Made by a program: the position numbers and the translations under genes. Source: Ancylonema sp. (Eukaryota). From it: a DNA stretch of 20,304 nucleotides. The notes beneath the pieces were generated by a model. The model did not search any database and was not told the origin of the DNA. It worked only from the letters and a program-made list of their open reading frames with translations. Location of the stretch: positions 62,001-82,304 of the forward strand of contig JBFLGF010000196.1 of NCBI GenBank assembly GCA_050230475.1. Direction: 5' to 3'. This document shows, one piece after another, positions 19,139 to 20,304 of this stretch; position 1 is the first letter of the stretch; the number at the start of each line of letters is the position of its first letter.

Positions 19139-20304
19139 ATGGATGAACCATTCAAACCGTTTACAATCCCATTTTTCCTCCTAGAACTCCAAGGCACGCT
19201 GGCCTCAAAGCGCGCCCGTGCAATTCAGACCATGATTGACTCGACAATACGATTCATGGAAACATTATGAGCTGACATTGCTGCCTTCCCCTAGGACAAT
19301 CCTGATCCCCGCCCCATGTCACTGGCTACCCTCCAGCATCACCTACGATTTCGGTCTTTCCAAGTCTCCCAACTGCTGAATATCGAGGCTGATCATATTT
19401 ATATTCCTGATCCTACCCCTCCTGCTGCTATAACAGTTTGCCTCGCAAGCTCTATTATACGCCTGCATGCCTCCTCTGCTGCTGGTCTGCGTGCAGTCAT
19501 TTCCACTACAACTCTCCCCCTTGCAGCTCTTCAAGCTGTAATTCCTACCGTGGCTGCTGATCCAGCTCCCAGACTTTCTGCTCCCACAGCCATCAGTGAG
19601 GCAACTACTCCGGCAGTTATTCTAGCTCCAGCGAACTTTGTCGCTACTTTTGCTCCTACTCCTGATCCAGCCCTTGCTCTTCCCAACAACCCGCGCCAGG
19701 ATCTAGCGCCCGAGATCCCCGACCTGCAGTCTTTCCCATCCCCACCCTCCCCTCCCTTCCTGCTACCTTTTCTGTCCCCCCTGTTTCCCCCCGATCCTCA
19801 CCTGGCTACTCCCCACCTGCGCAGGCGCACACAGTCTCCACAGTTCCTGCCACGGCCAGCCACTGCGGTCGCTAAGTCTGCGGCTCTGATCCATTTTCCA
19901 CGCCCTCCCCGTGCCTAGCGGCATCGGTTTCTCCCCCGGGTATTACCTTTTGCCACAGATTGGCTCTTCGAGCCAGGCCCTAGGATCCCCGCTCCCATGG
20001 CCATGCCGCCAGTTCAGGGTCCAGCAGCTTCTCGCGCCGTCTCCTTCTTGCCCACACCAGTCCGGCTAGTCTCCCTTCGAGCGCCGAGCGCAGTACTGTT
20101 CCCCTGTCTGCACCATCCAACTATACAATTTTTGCATCCCGCCGCTCTCCTAAGCCTCTTGACATCCCTACCCTTCTTTTAGTTTCCCGGCAACCTCTCT
20201 CCTGCCCGATACCTACTCCCGCTACCATTCAGAACTCCCCGAGGAGTCGAACCTCGACCCCCGTGCCCCTACACGGCGGCTACCCCGATGGAGTTTTTCC
20301 TCTC
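19139..20304 (+). pseudogene. Degenerate gag-like ORF of element D (long Pro/Ala-rich N-terminal region)
   Basis: MDEPFKPFTIPFFLLELQG... continues through stops at 19268 and 19292 into the 200-aa ORF 19316-19918. It sits downstream of the LTR and PBS. No diagnostic capsid or knuckle motif is seen inside the window. Confidence 0.5.

Larger units (their letters stand above)
18548..20304 (+). mobile_element. Element D: 5' part of another LTR retrotransposon (LTR, PBS, leader, degenerate gag-like ORF), running off the window
   Basis: A TGTTA...TAACA LTR whose start resembles the A/B LTRs (GTCCCTAG motif), a PBS 2 nt downstream, and a Pro/Ala-rich degenerate ORF from ATG 19139. Confidence 0.75.

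Overview
Eukaryotic genomic DNA, most likely from a non-seed land plant (inference from plant-type genes with short GT-AG introns and Tcn1/Tf1-like chromoviruses). The left part (1.2-5.4 kb) holds two divergently transcribed 7-exon genes: a ZNF830/ARS1-like C2H2 zinc-finger protein (minus strand) and a Sel1/HCP-like repeat protein with a probable organellar targeting peptide (plus strand). From 5.7 to 7.7 kb there are two copies of a TA-flanked pogo/Tc1-mariner-like MITE, one nested inside a different, smaller TIR element. From 9.45 kb to the end is a nest of decayed Ty3/Gypsy LTR retrotransposons: A (minus strand, internally deleted), B (plus strand, near full-length chromovirus with TSD TGTGT), an unresolved remnant C carrying codon-multiple tandem repeats, and the 5' end of D. 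The main finding is that A, B and D each have a different primer-binding site that is complementary to their own LTR about 30 nt downstream of a TATA-like box. This is the Tf1-type, tRNA-independent self-priming signature, and it covaries across the three elements. B also has a complete A AAA AAC slippery site plus H-type pseudoknot at its gag-pol junction; A retains the slippery site and stem 1 with a compensatory change.
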